From: Candidatus Saccharimonadota bacterium
Lineage (GTDB): Bacteria; Pseudomonadota; Gammaproteobacteria; Burkholderiales; Burkholderiaceae
Assembly: GCF_964019745.1 (NCBI RefSeq)
Contig: NZ_OZ026462.1
Span: forward strand, 210,001 to 242,000
Reading direction: 5' to 3'
Length of the DNA: 32,000 nt
Within the stretch, counting starts at the first letter, position 1; each line of letters begins with the position of its first letter. Positions 1 through 8,476 of this stretch are shown in pieces. The notes under the pieces were generated by a model. That model did not search any database, was not told the DNA's origin, and saw only the letters and a program-made list of their open reading frames with translations. Made by a program: the position numbers and the translations under genes.

Positions 1-1
1 A

Positions 2-652
2 GCAAAAAAAATGAATTTTGATATTAGTAAAAAAAAAATTGCTATTCAAGGTTTTGGAAATGTTGGAGGTGTTGTGGCAGAATTATTTTTTAATATTGGT
101 TGTAAAATAGTTGCTATACAAGATAATGATATAACTCTTATAAATGAAAAAGGTTTAAATATTAAAAAAATTCAAGAATGTTCTTTAAAAAAAAGAAAAA
201 TTAAAGGTTTTGTAGAAGCAGATTTAATAAAAGATAGAACTAAATTTTGGTCTGTAAATTGTGATATTTTAATACCAGCTGCGTTAGAAGGGCAAATAAC
301 AAAATTTAATGCTAATTTAATAAAAGCTAAAATTATTTTAGAAGGTGCTAATGGCCCTACTACTACAGAAGCTGAAGAAATTTTATTAAAAAGAAATGTT
401 TTAATAATCCCAGATGTTATTGCGAATTCTGGTGGAGTTATAGTTAGTTATTTTGAATGGACTCAAGGTTTATCTGGGATGTTTTTAACAAAAGAAAAAG
501 TTAATAAATATCTTAAAATAATTATTATTAAATCCTTTTTAAAGGCATGGGATTTTTCAAAAAAAGAAAAAATTTCATTACGTCTTGCTTTATTTATTAT
601 AGCTTGTAATAGAATTTTAAATAGTATGAAAATTAGAAATTTTAATTTTTAA
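2..652 (+). CDS. gdhA: Glutamate dehydrogenase, C-terminal NAD(P)-binding half; the 5' part lies outside the window
   Basis: The frame is open from nt 2 to the window edge. It carries the Rossmann fingerprint IAIQGFGNVGG plus EGANGPTT and SGGVIVSYFEWTQ, typical of Glu/Leu/Phe/Val dehydrogenases. Only about 213 aa are present, versus about 420-450 aa for a full enzyme. Stop is TAA. Confidence 0.85.
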   Translation, partial: AKKMNFDISKKKIAIQGFGNVGGVVAELFFNIGCKIVAIQDNDITLINEKGLNIKKIQECSLKKRKIKGFVEADLIKDRTKFWSVNCDILIPAALEGQITKFNANLIKAKIILEGANGPTTTEAEEILLKRNVLIIPDVIANSGGVIVSYFEWTQGLSGMFLTKEKVNKYLKIIIIKSFLKAWDFSKKEKISLRLALFIIACNRILNSMKIRNFNF

Positions 653-671
653 AATAATATTTTTATCTAAA

Positions 672-762
672 TGTGAAGAAGGGGATTTGAACCCCTAAAT
701 CTTTTAAAAAAATTGATACTAAGTTCTAAGCTTAGTGCGTTTACCTATTTCGCCATCTTCAC
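672..762 (-). tRNA. tRNA-Leu (anticodon UAG), type II with a long variable arm
   Basis: Manual cloverleaf on the reverse strand. Acceptor is GTGAAGA/TCTTCAC, D-arm GCG-AAATAGGTAAA-CGC, and anticodon stem CTAAG/CTTAG with loop CT-TAG-AA. It has an A/T-rich long variable arm and T-arm AGGGG-TTCAAAT-CCCCT. It resembles E. coli leuW as I recall it. No 3' CCA is encoded. Ends are +/-2 nt. Confidence 0.85.
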
Positions 763-779
763 AAAATTACAAAAATAAA

Positions 780-880
780 AGGAGAGAGAGGGATTTGAAC
801 CCTCGGTATAGTTTTTTATTAATTTTTTTATATACTCTTGATTTCGAATCAAGTACATTAAGCCTCTCTGTCATCTCTCC
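780..880 (-). tRNA. tRNA-Ser (anticodon CGA), type II, unusually long at about 100 nt
   Basis: The reverse strand reads GGAGAGA-TG-ACA-GAGAGGCTTAA-TGT-A-CTTGA-TTCGAAA-TCAAG-(long arm GTATA..TATAC)-GAGGG-TTCAAAT-CCCTC-TCTCTCC. The acceptor, D region and anticodon arm align closely with E. coli tRNA-Ser(CGA) as I recall it. No CCA is encoded. Ends are +/-2 nt. Confidence 0.8.
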
Positions 881-938
881 TTAATAGGAATTATTTTATA
901 ATTTTTAATAAATTTAATATGTAAATTAATTAAATTTA

Positions 939-2198
939 TTAAATTAAATATTTTTTTAAAATAGGAGGGATAAAAAATTTTTCATTTTCTTCTTGAAAAT
1001 TTTCAAGTAATGCTATTAAAGTTCTACCAATAGCTAACCCAGAACCATTTAATGTATGTACTAATTTTAATTTTCCATTTTTATTTTTAAATTTAGTATT
1101 CATTCTTCTAGCTTGAAATGTTCCACAATTTGATACTGAAGAAATTTCTAAATATTCTTTTTGTGAAGGTAACCATACTTCTATATCATAAGTTTTTTTA
1201 GCGCTAAAACTTAATTCTAAACTACAAAGTTTCATTATTCTATAAGGTAAATCTAATTTATTTAAAATATTTTCAATATGAAAAATCATTTCTTCTAAAG
1301 TAGAATATGATTTTTTTGGATGAGTTATTTGAATTATTTCTACTTTATCGAATTGATGTTGTCTAATAATACCTTTAGTATCTTTTCCATAATTTATTGG
1401 TTCTGATCTAAAACATGGAGAAGATGCAACCATTTTTAATGGTAATTTATTAAAATTTAAAATTTTATTTTTAACTATATTTAATAATGGTACTTCTGAA
1501 GTTGGTATTAAATATAATGATTCTTGATTTTTAAAATATGTTTTTTTTTTTATTTTAAATAATTCATTTTTAAATTTAGGTAATTGACCTGTGGAATATA
1601 AAGAATTTTTATTAACTATATAAGGTATATAATATTCAGTATATCCATGTTCTTTTATATGAGTATCTAACATAAATTGTGAAAGAGCTCTATAAATTTT
1701 TACTATTTTACCTTTCATAACTACAAATTTTGTTCCTGTTATTTTTGTAGCTAATTTAGTATTAATACCTAATTTTAAACCTATTTTTGAATGATTTTTA
1801 ATTTTAAATTTAAATTTTGGAAATTTTTTATTTTTTTTAATTTCTATATTTTTATTATTAATTGGTACTGAATTATGAGGTATATTAGGTATATTTATTA
1901 ATATATTATTAAGTTTTTTTTTTATATTTTGTAAATTTAATTTAAATTTTTTTAAATATTTATTAATAAATATTACTTTTTCTTTTATTGAGTTAATATT
2001 TTTTTTATTTTTTTTATAAAAAATATATTTTTTAGATAAAATATTTCTTTTATTTTGTAAAATTTCTAATTCTATTTGTATAAATTTTCTTTTTTTTTCT
2101 AAAAAAAAAATTTTTTTTATTTTTAAATTAAAATTTCTTGTTTTTAATATTTTAAAAATTTCAAAAATATTTTTTTTTAATTTTTTAAAATTTAACAT
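939..2198 (-). CDS. serS: Seryl-tRNA synthetase
   Basis: 419-aa ORF with an N-terminal coiled-coil arm. Class II motifs are present: IPTSEVPL, FRSE, RQHQFDKVE and NGSGLAIGRTLIALLEN. ATG start, TAA stop. Confidence 0.93.
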   Translation of the reverse strand: MLNFKKLKKNIFEIFKILKTRNFNLKIKKIFFLEKKRKFIQIELEILQNKRNILSKKYIFYKKNKKNINSIKEKVIFINKYLKKFKLNLQNIKKKLNNILINIPNIPHNSVPINNKNIEIKKNKKFPKFKFKIKNHSKIGLKLGINTKLATKITGTKFVVMKGKIVKIYRALSQFMLDTHIKEHGYTEYYIPYIVNKNSLYSTGQLPKFKNELFKIKKKTYFKNQESLYLIPTSEVPLLNIVKNKILNFNKLPLKMVASSPCFRSEPINYGKDTKGIIRQHQFDKVEIIQITHPKKSYSTLEEMIFHIENILNKLDLPYRIMKLCSLELSFSAKKTYDIEVWLPSQKEYLEISSVSNCGTFQARRMNTKFKNKNGKLKLVHTLNGSGLAIGRTLIALLENFQEENEKFFIPPILKKYLI

Positions 2199-2214
2199 AA
2201 ATATTTTTAATATT

Positions 2215-2823
2215 TTATATTTTTAAAATTTCAATTTCTTTTTGTTTTGTTAATTCTTTTATTTTAATAATATAATTATTTGTTATTTTTTGAATTTTAT
2301 TTTGTATATTTTTTTCTTCATCTTTTGATGGAATTTTTTTTTTTAGTTTATTTAGAAAAATTCTACGTATATTTCTAATAGATATTTTTATATTTTCTGA
2401 TTTTTTTTTTATAATTTTAATTATTTTTTTTCTTTTTTCTTCTGTTAACTTAGGCGTTAATATTTTTATATAATTATTAGTTATAAAAGGATTTAAATCT
2501 AAATTAGAATTTTTAATAGTTTTTTCTATTTTTAATAAATTTTTTTTTTCATGTGCAATTATTTTAATTGTTTGAGGATTAATTAAAAATATATTTGCTA
2601 TATTTTTTAATTTTTCTAATTTAGAATTTATATTTATTGATATATTATATAATATATTTATATTTATTTGATTAATTTTTATTTTTGAAAAATCTATTTT
2701 TGTTTGAATTAATAAATTATTTAGTTTTTTGTTTATTTTTTCAAAAAAATAATTTAAATTTATTTTATCTTTATTTTTATCTTTATTTTTATTTTTATTT
2801 TTATTTTTATTTTTATTTTTCAT
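2215..2823 (-). CDS. frr: Ribosome recycling factor with an (Asn-Lys)n N-terminal extension
   Basis: LDLNPFITNNYIKILTPKLTEEKRKKIIKIIKKKSENIKISIRNIRR aligns with E. coli Frr LGLNPNS..IRVPLPPLTEERRKDL..VAVRNVRR. This is the only ATG in the ORF. An AGGAG Shine-Dalgarno lies 9 nt upstream. Confidence 0.9.
   Translation of the reverse strand: MKNKNKNKNKNKNKDKNKDKINLNYFFEKINKKLNNLLIQTKIDFSKIKINQININILYNISININSKLEKLKNIANIFLINPQTIKIIAHEKKNLLKIEKTIKNSNLDLNPFITNNYIKILTPKLTEEKRKKIIKIIKKKSENIKISIRNIRRIFLNKLKKKIPSKDEEKNIQNKIQKITNNYIIKIKELTKQKEIEILKI
2767..2820 (-). repeat. Coding hexanucleotide microsatellite, 9 units (AAAAAT x6 perfect plus AAAGAT/AAAAAT variants)
   Basis: The plus strand reads atcttt attttt atcttt then attttt x6, immediately before the frr start codon (cat at 2821-2823). 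It encodes KNKNKNKNKNKNKDKNKD. Confidence 0.9.
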
Positions 2824-3658
2824 TTATTTTTTCTCCTAATATAAATATATTATATGAATATATAATTAAATTATATATTTTTAATATTTCTTTAATAGTT
2901 TTTGTTTTATCTTTTATAAAAATTTGATTATATAAAGAGTTTTTTTTTAAAAAATTATTTATAGAATTTTTAATAATTTTTTTTATAATTTTTTTAGGTT
3001 TATTAAGTTTTGAAATTTTTAATAATAATATAGATTTTTCTTCTTTTATAATTTTAGATGGAATTTCATTAATATCTAATGCTATTGGTTTCATAGCTGC
3101 TATATGCATAGCAATTTCTTTAGCTATTTTTATATTTTCTCCTTTAAATTCTATTATTACTCCAATTTTATTATCATGTATATAATTAGTAAATTGATAT
3201 TTTGTTTTTAATTTTAAAAATCTATTAATTAAAATTTTTTCTTTAGTTTTATTTATAAAATTTAATCTTAATTTTTCGATTTTTTTATTTTTTATTTTTG
3301 TAAATTCATTTTTAGTAAATTTAATAGAATTTTTATTAGTTATTAATTTTACTAATTTATTAGAAAATTTAATAAATTCTAAATTTTTTGAGATAAAATC
3401 AGTTTCACATTTTATTTCTAAAATTGTTCCTATTTTTTTTTTTTCATTGATAAAAATTACAATAATACCATTATATAATTTTTCAAATGATGTGCAAAGA
3501 AATTTTTTATTGATTTTAGATTTTAAAAATTTTTCTGATTTTAAAAAATCTCCATTAAATTTTAATAAAGCTTTTTTACATTCCATTAATGGAGCACCAA
3601 TTTTTTTTCTTAAAGACATTACTAATTGAGCGGTAATTTTTTTAATTTTAATTTCCAT
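2813..3658 (-). CDS. tsf: Elongation factor Ts
   Basis: 281-aa ORF. The N-terminal UBA-like motif ITAQLVMSLRKKIGAPLMECKKAL is diagnostic of EF-Ts. The gene overlaps the frr start by 11 nt. TAA stop. Confidence 0.9.
   Translation of the reverse strand: MEIKIKKITAQLVMSLRKKIGAPLMECKKALLKFNGDFLKSEKFLKSKINKKFLCTSFEKLYNGIIVIFINEKKKIGTILEIKCETDFISKNLEFIKFSNKLVKLITNKNSIKFTKNEFTKIKNKKIEKLRLNFINKTKEKILINRFLKLKTKYQFTNYIHDNKIGVIIEFKGENIKIAKEIAMHIAAMKPIALDINEIPSKIIKEEKSILLLKISKLNKPKKIIKKIIKNSINNFLKKNSLYNQIFIKDKTKTIKEILKIYNLIIYSYNIFILGEKINEK
2833..2837 (-). promoter_or_regulatory. Shine-Dalgarno (AGGAG) for frr, embedded in the 3' end of tsf
   Basis: The reverse strand reads AGGAG-AAAAAATAA-ATG, a 9-nt spacing. 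It is one of the few canonical SD sequences visible in the window. Confidence 0.5.
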
Positions 3659-3670
3659 TTTTATTTATTT

Positions 3671-4372
3671 TTAAAATTTAAATTTTAAATTATTTTTAAT
3701 ATTTAAAGCTTTACCTTCTAAAATAGCATTTGTTATTCCTTTAGAAAATAATTTTATTGATTTTATAGAATCATCATTACCTGGTATAATATAATCTATA
3801 TTATCAGGATTATGATTTGTATCAACTAATGCTATTATTGGAATATTTAATTTTTTTGCTTCTATAACAGCATTTTTATGATATCCTATATCTATTATAA
3901 AAAGAGCATCTGGTAAAAATTTCATTTTTTTTAATCCTTCAAAATTTTTTTTAAGTTTATTTTTTTTTCTATTGTATAATAATATTTCTTTTTTTTTAAT
4001 TTCATTAAAATTTTTAAAAGTATTTTCTAATTTTATTAAATGATCTATAGATACTTTAATAGTTTTAAAATTTGTTAATGTTCCTCCTAACCATCTTTGA
4101 TTTATATAAGGTGATTTTGATTTTAAAGCTTCTTTAAAAATTATTTTTCTTGCTTGACGTTTTGTACATACAAATAATATTGTTTTTTTATTTTTTGATA
4201 ATTTTTTTACAAAATTAATAGCTTTATTATATAAATAAAGTGTTTTTTCTAAATTTATAATATGAATTTTATTTTTATGACCAAAAATAAATTTAGACAT
4301 TTTAGGATTCCAAAAACGTGTTTGATGACCAAAATGAACTTTTGCATCAATCATTTTTTTTATTGTTATCAT
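3671..4372 (-). CDS. rpsB: 30S ribosomal protein S2
   Basis: The 233-aa ORF begins MIDAKVHFGHQTRFWNPKM and also carries WLGGTLTNF and IIALVDTN. It lies in the conserved rpsB-tsf arrangement. Confidence 0.95.
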   Translation of the reverse strand: MITIKKMIDAKVHFGHQTRFWNPKMSKFIFGHKNKIHIINLEKTLYLYNKAINFVKKLSKNKKTILFVCTKRQARKIIFKEALKSKSPYINQRWLGGTLTNFKTIKVSIDHLIKLENTFKNFNEIKKKEILLYNRKKNKLKKNFEGLKKMKFLPDALFIIDIGYHKNAVIEAKKLNIPIIALVDTNHNPDNIDYIIPGNDDSIKSIKLFSKGITNAILEGKALNIKNNLKFKF

Positions 4373-4508
4373 TTTATTTTTAAAAATTAAAATTAAAATT
4401 ATTTATTTTTATAAACAATTTTATTAAATAATAATATATATTATATATAATAAATATTATTTATTGTATAATATTTATGTATTTATTAAAAATTATTTTA
4501 AAATAAAT

Positions 4509-5294
4509 ATGAAATATATTAAGAATAGTAAAGATATTAAATATATGCGAAATGTTTGTAAATTAGCTTCTGAAGTTTTAGATTATATAAGTAATTTTAT
4601 AAAAATTGGAGTGACTACTAATGAATTAGATTTATTATGTTATAATTATATTATTAATGTACAAAAAGCTATTCCAGGTCCTTTAAATTATTTTCCTCCT
4701 GGGTATAAATTTCCTTTTCCTAAATCTATTTGTACATCAATAAATGATGTTGTTTGTCACGGTATTCCTGATAATAAATTTTTAAAAAATGGTGATATAT
4801 TAAATATAGATATTACAGTAAAAAAAAATAATTATTTTGGAGATTCAAGTAGAATGTTTGTTGTTGGAGAAACAACATTAAATGCTAAATTTTTAATAAA
4901 AATTGCTTATGAATGTATGTGGGCTGGAATTTCTAAAGTTAAAGATAATGTTTATTTAAATGATATTGGTAATGCAATACAAATGCATGCAGAAAAATAT
5001 AATTTTAGTATTGTAAAAGAATTTTGTGGACATGGAATAGGTAAAAAATTTCATGAATTTCCGCAAATATTAAATTATAATAATTTTAAAAGTTCTGAAA
5101 AAATTTATTCTGGTATGATTTTTACTATTGAACCTATGATTAATGAGGGTAGTCGTTTTATTTATGAGACTTCTAATGGTTGGACTATTAAAACTAAAGA
5201 TAAAAGTTTATCTGCGCAATGGGAGCATACTATTTTAGTTACTGATTTTGGTTTTGAAGTTTTAACTATTTCTAATAATTATTTTTTTTTATAA
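4509..5294 (+). CDS. map: Methionine aminopeptidase type I
   Basis: Motifs VVCHGIPD, NIDITV, FCGHGIGKKFHE, FTIEPMIN and AQWEHTILVT are present. The track ORF starts at a TTG at 4464, but the in-frame ATG at 4509 gives a canonical 261-aa protein. Confidence 0.9.
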   Translation: MKYIKNSKDIKYMRNVCKLASEVLDYISNFIKIGVTTNELDLLCYNYIINVQKAIPGPLNYFPPGYKFPFPKSICTSINDVVCHGIPDNKFLKNGDILNIDITVKKNNYFGDSSRMFVVGETTLNAKFLIKIAYECMWAGISKVKDNVYLNDIGNAIQMHAEKYNFSIVKEFCGHGIGKKFHEFPQILNYNNFKSSEKIYSGMIFTIEPMINEGSRFIYETSNGWTIKTKDKSLSAQWEHTILVTDFGFEVLTISNNYFFL

Positions 5295-5313
5295 AATATT
5301 ATAAAAATTTTCT

Positions 5314-6519
5314 ATGTATAAAAGTGAGTTGTTTTATTCATTATTATTATCATTAATTTTTGCTTTAAGAATGTTTGGTGTATTTATTATTTCACCATTA
5401 TTACCTGTTTATATTAGTGGTTTTACTAGTGAAAATAATTATATACTTATAGGTTTTTCTTTGGGTGTTTATAGTTTAGTACAATGTTTTATGCAACTTC
5501 CTTTTGGAATTTTATCTGATAAATATGGTCGTAAACCAATGATTATTATTGGTTTAATAATATTTATTATTGGTTTAATAATTTCTATTTTTTCTAAAAA
5601 TATATATATTTTAATAATTAGTAGAATTATTCAAGGTATTGGAGTAGTATCTTCTACATTAATGGCTTTGTTAATTGATTTAACTAGTAAAAAAAATTAT
5701 TTTAGAGTTATGTCTATAGTAGGTTTTTTTGTTGGTTTATCTTTTGCAATTTCTTTAATTTCTTCAAATTTTTTATTTTCTTATGTTGGTATAGCAGGGA
5801 TTTTTTTAATTATTGCTTTTTTATCTTTAATTTCTTTATTATTAATAATATTTTTTGTACCTTCAGTTCCTTTTATTGCTAAAAAAAAAACTATTTCTTT
5901 AAAAAAAATTATTTTTAATAAGGAATTATTTAAATTAAATTTTGGGGTTTTTGTTTTATATTTTTCACAAATATTTTTTTTTATTATTTTTCCTAGAATA
6001 TTGTCTATTTGTACAAATGTTTTAGAAATGTATTTTTGGAAACTTTATTTACCTGTTGTAATATTATCATTTTTATTTTTATTACCCGTATTTTTTTTTG
6101 GAGGAAGATTAATATCTTATAAAATGATATGTAATATATTTATATTTATTTTATTTTTAATTCAAATTGGATTTATAATATTTTTTAAATTTTTTAGTGA
6201 TAATTTAAATTTATTAGCATTATTATTTTTAATGTTTATGACAGTTTTTAATTTTATTGAAGCTTTTCAACGTTCTTTAGTTTCTAAAATAGCTCCGAAA
6301 TCTTATAAAGGTTCTGTTATGGGTATATACAGTTCTTTTCAATCGTTTGGTTTATTTTTAGGTGGATTATTAGGTGGAATTTATTCCACATTTAAATTAA
6401 AAAATATTATATATATATATATATTATTTTCTTTTTTAACATTTTTTTGGTTTATTTTTTTTATAAATATAAAAAAAATTTCCTCAAAAAAAAAAAAAAA
6501 AAAAGAAAAAATATTATAA
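5314..6519 (+). CDS. yajR: MFS transporter, YajR-like, about 12 TM, without the C-terminal YAM domain
   Basis: MFS motif A is [11 protein letters not shown]. Long collinear similarity to E. coli YajR as I recall it includes LRMFGVF.., [15 protein letters not shown].., [22 protein letters not shown] and [23 protein letters not shown]. The C-terminus is poly-Lys, encoded by a long A run. Confidence 0.8.
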   Translation: MYKSELFYSLLLSLIFALRMFGVFIISPLLPVYISGFTSENNYILIGFSLGVYSLVQCFMQLPFGILSDKYGRKPMIIIGLIIFIIGLIISIFSKNIYILIISRIIQGIGVVSSTLMALLIDLTSKKNYFRVMSIVGFFVGLSFAISLISSNFLFSYVGIAGIFLIIAFLSLISLLLIIFFVPSVPFIAKKKTISLKKIIFNKELFKLNFGVFVLYFSQIFFFIIFPRILSICTNVLEMYFWKLYLPVVILSFLFLLPVFFFGGRLISYKMICNIFIFILFLIQIGFIIFFKFFSDNLNLLALLFLMFMTVFNFIEAFQRSLVSKIAPKSYKGSVMGIYSSFQSFGLFLGGLLGGIYSTFKLKNIIYIYILFSFLTFFWFIFFINIKKISSKKKKKKEKIL

Positions 6520-6553
6520 ATTTTTAAACATTTTTTTAAAAGGTAAATGTTTT

Positions 6554-7027
6554 ATGGCTTCAGTAAATAAAGTAATAATTATAGGTAATTTGGGGCATAA
6601 ACCTGAAGTTCGTTATATGCCTAATGGTGATGCTGTTGCAAATATTTCTATTGCTACAACTGAAAATTATAGAAAAAAAAATACTGGAGAAAAAAAAAGT
6701 TCAACTGAATGGCATCGTGTTATTTTTTATCGTAGATTAGCTGAAATAGTAGGGCAATTTTTAAAAAAAGGATCTCAAATTTATGTTGAAGGACGTTTAC
6801 ATTCTAGAAAATGGGTTGATAAAGAAGGTATAGAAAGATATATAACAGAAATTATTGTAGATAATATGCAAATGTTAGGTAGTAGACAAATTACAAATAA
6901 TATGTCTAATGATGATGAAGATATTAAAATTAAAAAAAATAATAATAAAACTAATAATAAAAAAAATTTAGAAAATGAATTTAAAATTCCTGAATTTTCA
7001 GATTTAGAAGATGATATACCATTTTAA
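6554..7027 (+). CDS. ssb: Single-stranded DNA-binding protein
   Basis: N-terminus is [25 protein letters not shown]. The motifs [14 protein letters not shown] and [11 protein letters not shown] are present. The acidic C-terminal tip is LEDDIPF. Confidence 0.95.
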   Translation: MASVNKVIIIGNLGHKPEVRYMPNGDAVANISIATTENYRKKNTGEKKSSTEWHRVIFYRRLAEIVGQFLKKGSQIYVEGRLHSRKWVDKEGIERYITEIIVDNMQMLGSRQITNNMSNDDEDIKIKKNNNKTNNKKNLENEFKIPEFSDLEDDIPF

Positions 7028-7031
7028 TTTG

Positions 7032-7454
7032 TTAAGTATTAATAATTTTTAAAGAATGTGTAATTTTTGTAGATTTATTTAACATTATAATTGCTGAACA
7101 ATATTTAGAATGTGATAATTTAATTGCATTTTTAATAATATTTTTATTTAAATTTTTTCCATATATATAAAATTTAAAATGTATTTTTGTAAAAATTTTT
7201 GGATTTTGTTTTGCTCTTTTAGATTTAATTTTTATTTTACATTTTTTTATATTTTGTTTATTTTTTTTTAATATTAAAATTATATCATATGTGGTACATC
7301 CTCCAGCGCCTATTAAAATCATTTCCATAGGTCTGGGTGCTAAATTTTGTCCACCGTTTTTAGGATCTCCATCCATACATATAATATGTTTAGAATCTGT
7401 TTTTGCTGTTAATGTGAGATTTAAAAAATTTGTCCATTTTATTGTACAATTCAT
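7032..7454 (-). CDS. OsmC/Ohr-family protein (putative thiol peroxidase)
   Basis: The 140-aa ORF has the pattern GGQNLAPRPMEMILIGAGGCTTYD with a second conserved Cys in SKYCSA, typical of the OsmC family. It is convergent with ssb with only a 4-nt gap. Confidence 0.75.
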   Translation of the reverse strand: MNCTIKWTNFLNLTLTAKTDSKHIICMDGDPKNGGQNLAPRPMEMILIGAGGCTTYDIILILKKNKQNIKKCKIKIKSKRAKQNPKIFTKIHFKFYIYGKNLNKNIIKNAIKLSHSKYCSAIIMLNKSTKITHSLKIINT

Positions 7455-7601
7455 ATTTTTTTTTTAAATAAATAATAATTATTATTAATAATATATAATA
7501 TATAATATATTATATATAATATGTATAAAAATATTTAATAATATGTATATTATGTATAATTTTTTTTTTTAAAAAAAAAATAAAAAATATAATAAATAAA
7601 T

Positions 7602-8030
7602 ATGAATATATTATCAATAAAAAAAAAAAATATATATTTTAAATGGTTTTTAATTGATGTAAAAAATAAAATATTAGGAAGAATTGCTTCTAAAATAGCT
7701 ATTATTTTACGAGGAAAATTTAAAAAAAATTTTTTTCCTAATATTAATATTGGAGATTATGTTATTGTAATTAATGCTAAATATTTAAAAATTTCTGGAA
7801 AAAAAAAAATAAATAAAATTTATTATAAACATAGTGGTTTTCCTGGAGGTATTTCAAAAATTAATTTTTTTGAAATGCAAAAAAAATTTCCTTGTTTAAT
7901 TTTAAAAAAAGCTATTAAAGGAATGTTACCTAAAGGGCCTTTAGGTTATAAAATAATTAAAAAATTAAAAGTTTATTCATGTAATGTTCATCCACATATT
8001 GCGCAACAACCAAAAATATTAAATTTTTAA
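7602..8030 (+). CDS. rplM: 50S ribosomal protein L13
   Basis: The 142-aa ORF carries [16 protein letters not shown] and HSGFPGG. It lies in the conserved rplM-rpsI pair. Confidence 0.93.
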   Translation: MNILSIKKKNIYFKWFLIDVKNKILGRIASKIAIILRGKFKKNFFPNINIGDYVIVINAKYLKISGKKKINKIYYKHSGFPGGISKINFFEMQKKFPCLILKKAIKGMLPKGPLGYKIIKKLKVYSCNVHPHIAQQPKILNF

Positions 8031-8040
8031 AGAAAATTAT

Positions 8041-8433
8041 ATGATAGGAAATTATAATTATGGTACTGGTCGTAGAAAATCTTCTGTAGCTAGAGTTTTT
8101 ATTAAAAAGGGTTCTGGTAAAATTATTATTAATAATAAAATAGCAACAAAATATTTTTCTAGAAAAACTGGTTTAATGATACTTTTACAACCTTTAAAAG
8201 TAATAGATTGTTTAAAATTTTTTGATATTAAAGTAAATGTTTTGGGTGGTGGTGAATCTGGGCAAGCAGGTGCTATTAGACATGGTATTTCTAGAGCTTT
8301 AGTTGATTATAATAAAAATTATAAAATAAAATTATCAAAATTAGGTTTTTTAACTAGAGACTCTAGAAGAGTTGAACGTAAAAAAGTAGGTTTACATAAA
8401 GCTAGAAAAGCTAAACAATTTTCTAAACGTTAA
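8041..8433 (+). CDS. rpsI: 30S ribosomal protein S9
   Basis: The 130-aa ORF carries [12 protein letters not shown] and [19 protein letters not shown], and ends in RKAKQFSKR. Confidence 0.95.
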   Translation: MIGNYNYGTGRRKSSVARVFIKKGSGKIIINNKIATKYFSRKTGLMILLQPLKVIDCLKFFDIKVNVLGGGESGQAGAIRHGISRALVDYNKNYKIKLSKLGFLTRDSRRVERKKVGLHKARKAKQFSKR

Positions 8434-8476
8434 AATTATATTAAATTTTTATTTTTTTATAGTATTTTTTTAAAAA

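Noticed and set aside
2685-2927. 80-aa plus-strand ORF (…YLYFYLYFYFYFYFYF…) spanning the frr/tsf junction.
   Set aside because: It is antisense to frr and tsf. Its sequence is simply the reverse reading of the (AAAAAT)n repeat, and it has no homologue-like features.
3447-3629. 60-aa plus-strand ORF inside tsf.
   Set aside because: It lies entirely antisense to a well-supported EF-Ts gene, has low complexity and has no recognisable motif.
4465-4472. TGTATAAT as an annotated promoter for map, and likewise 7553-7560 for rplM.
   Set aside because: TATAAT-like hexamers occur throughout this sequence. The TG is one position off the extended -10 consensus, and no -35 can be evaluated. I do not consider them supportable as features.
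4464-4508. TTG start for map given by the ORF track.
   Set aside because: The 15 extra residues have no counterpart in MetAP. The in-frame ATG at 4509 gives a canonical-length protein, and the TTG is part of a -10-like TTGTATAAT.
6486-6546. Apparent frameshift at the poly(A) tract at the 3' end of the MFS gene. My count of the printed blocks gives 18 A. The supplied ORF (…[12 protein letters not shown], stop 6517-6519) needs 19 A. With 18 A the frame would run on to a TAA near 6544-6546.
   Set aside because: The ORF track was computed from the sequence itself, and flanking coordinates (ssb ATG at 6554) agree with it. The discrepancy is therefore most likely my miscount of a long homopolymer. 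I kept the track coordinates but treat all homopolymer lengths as +/-1.
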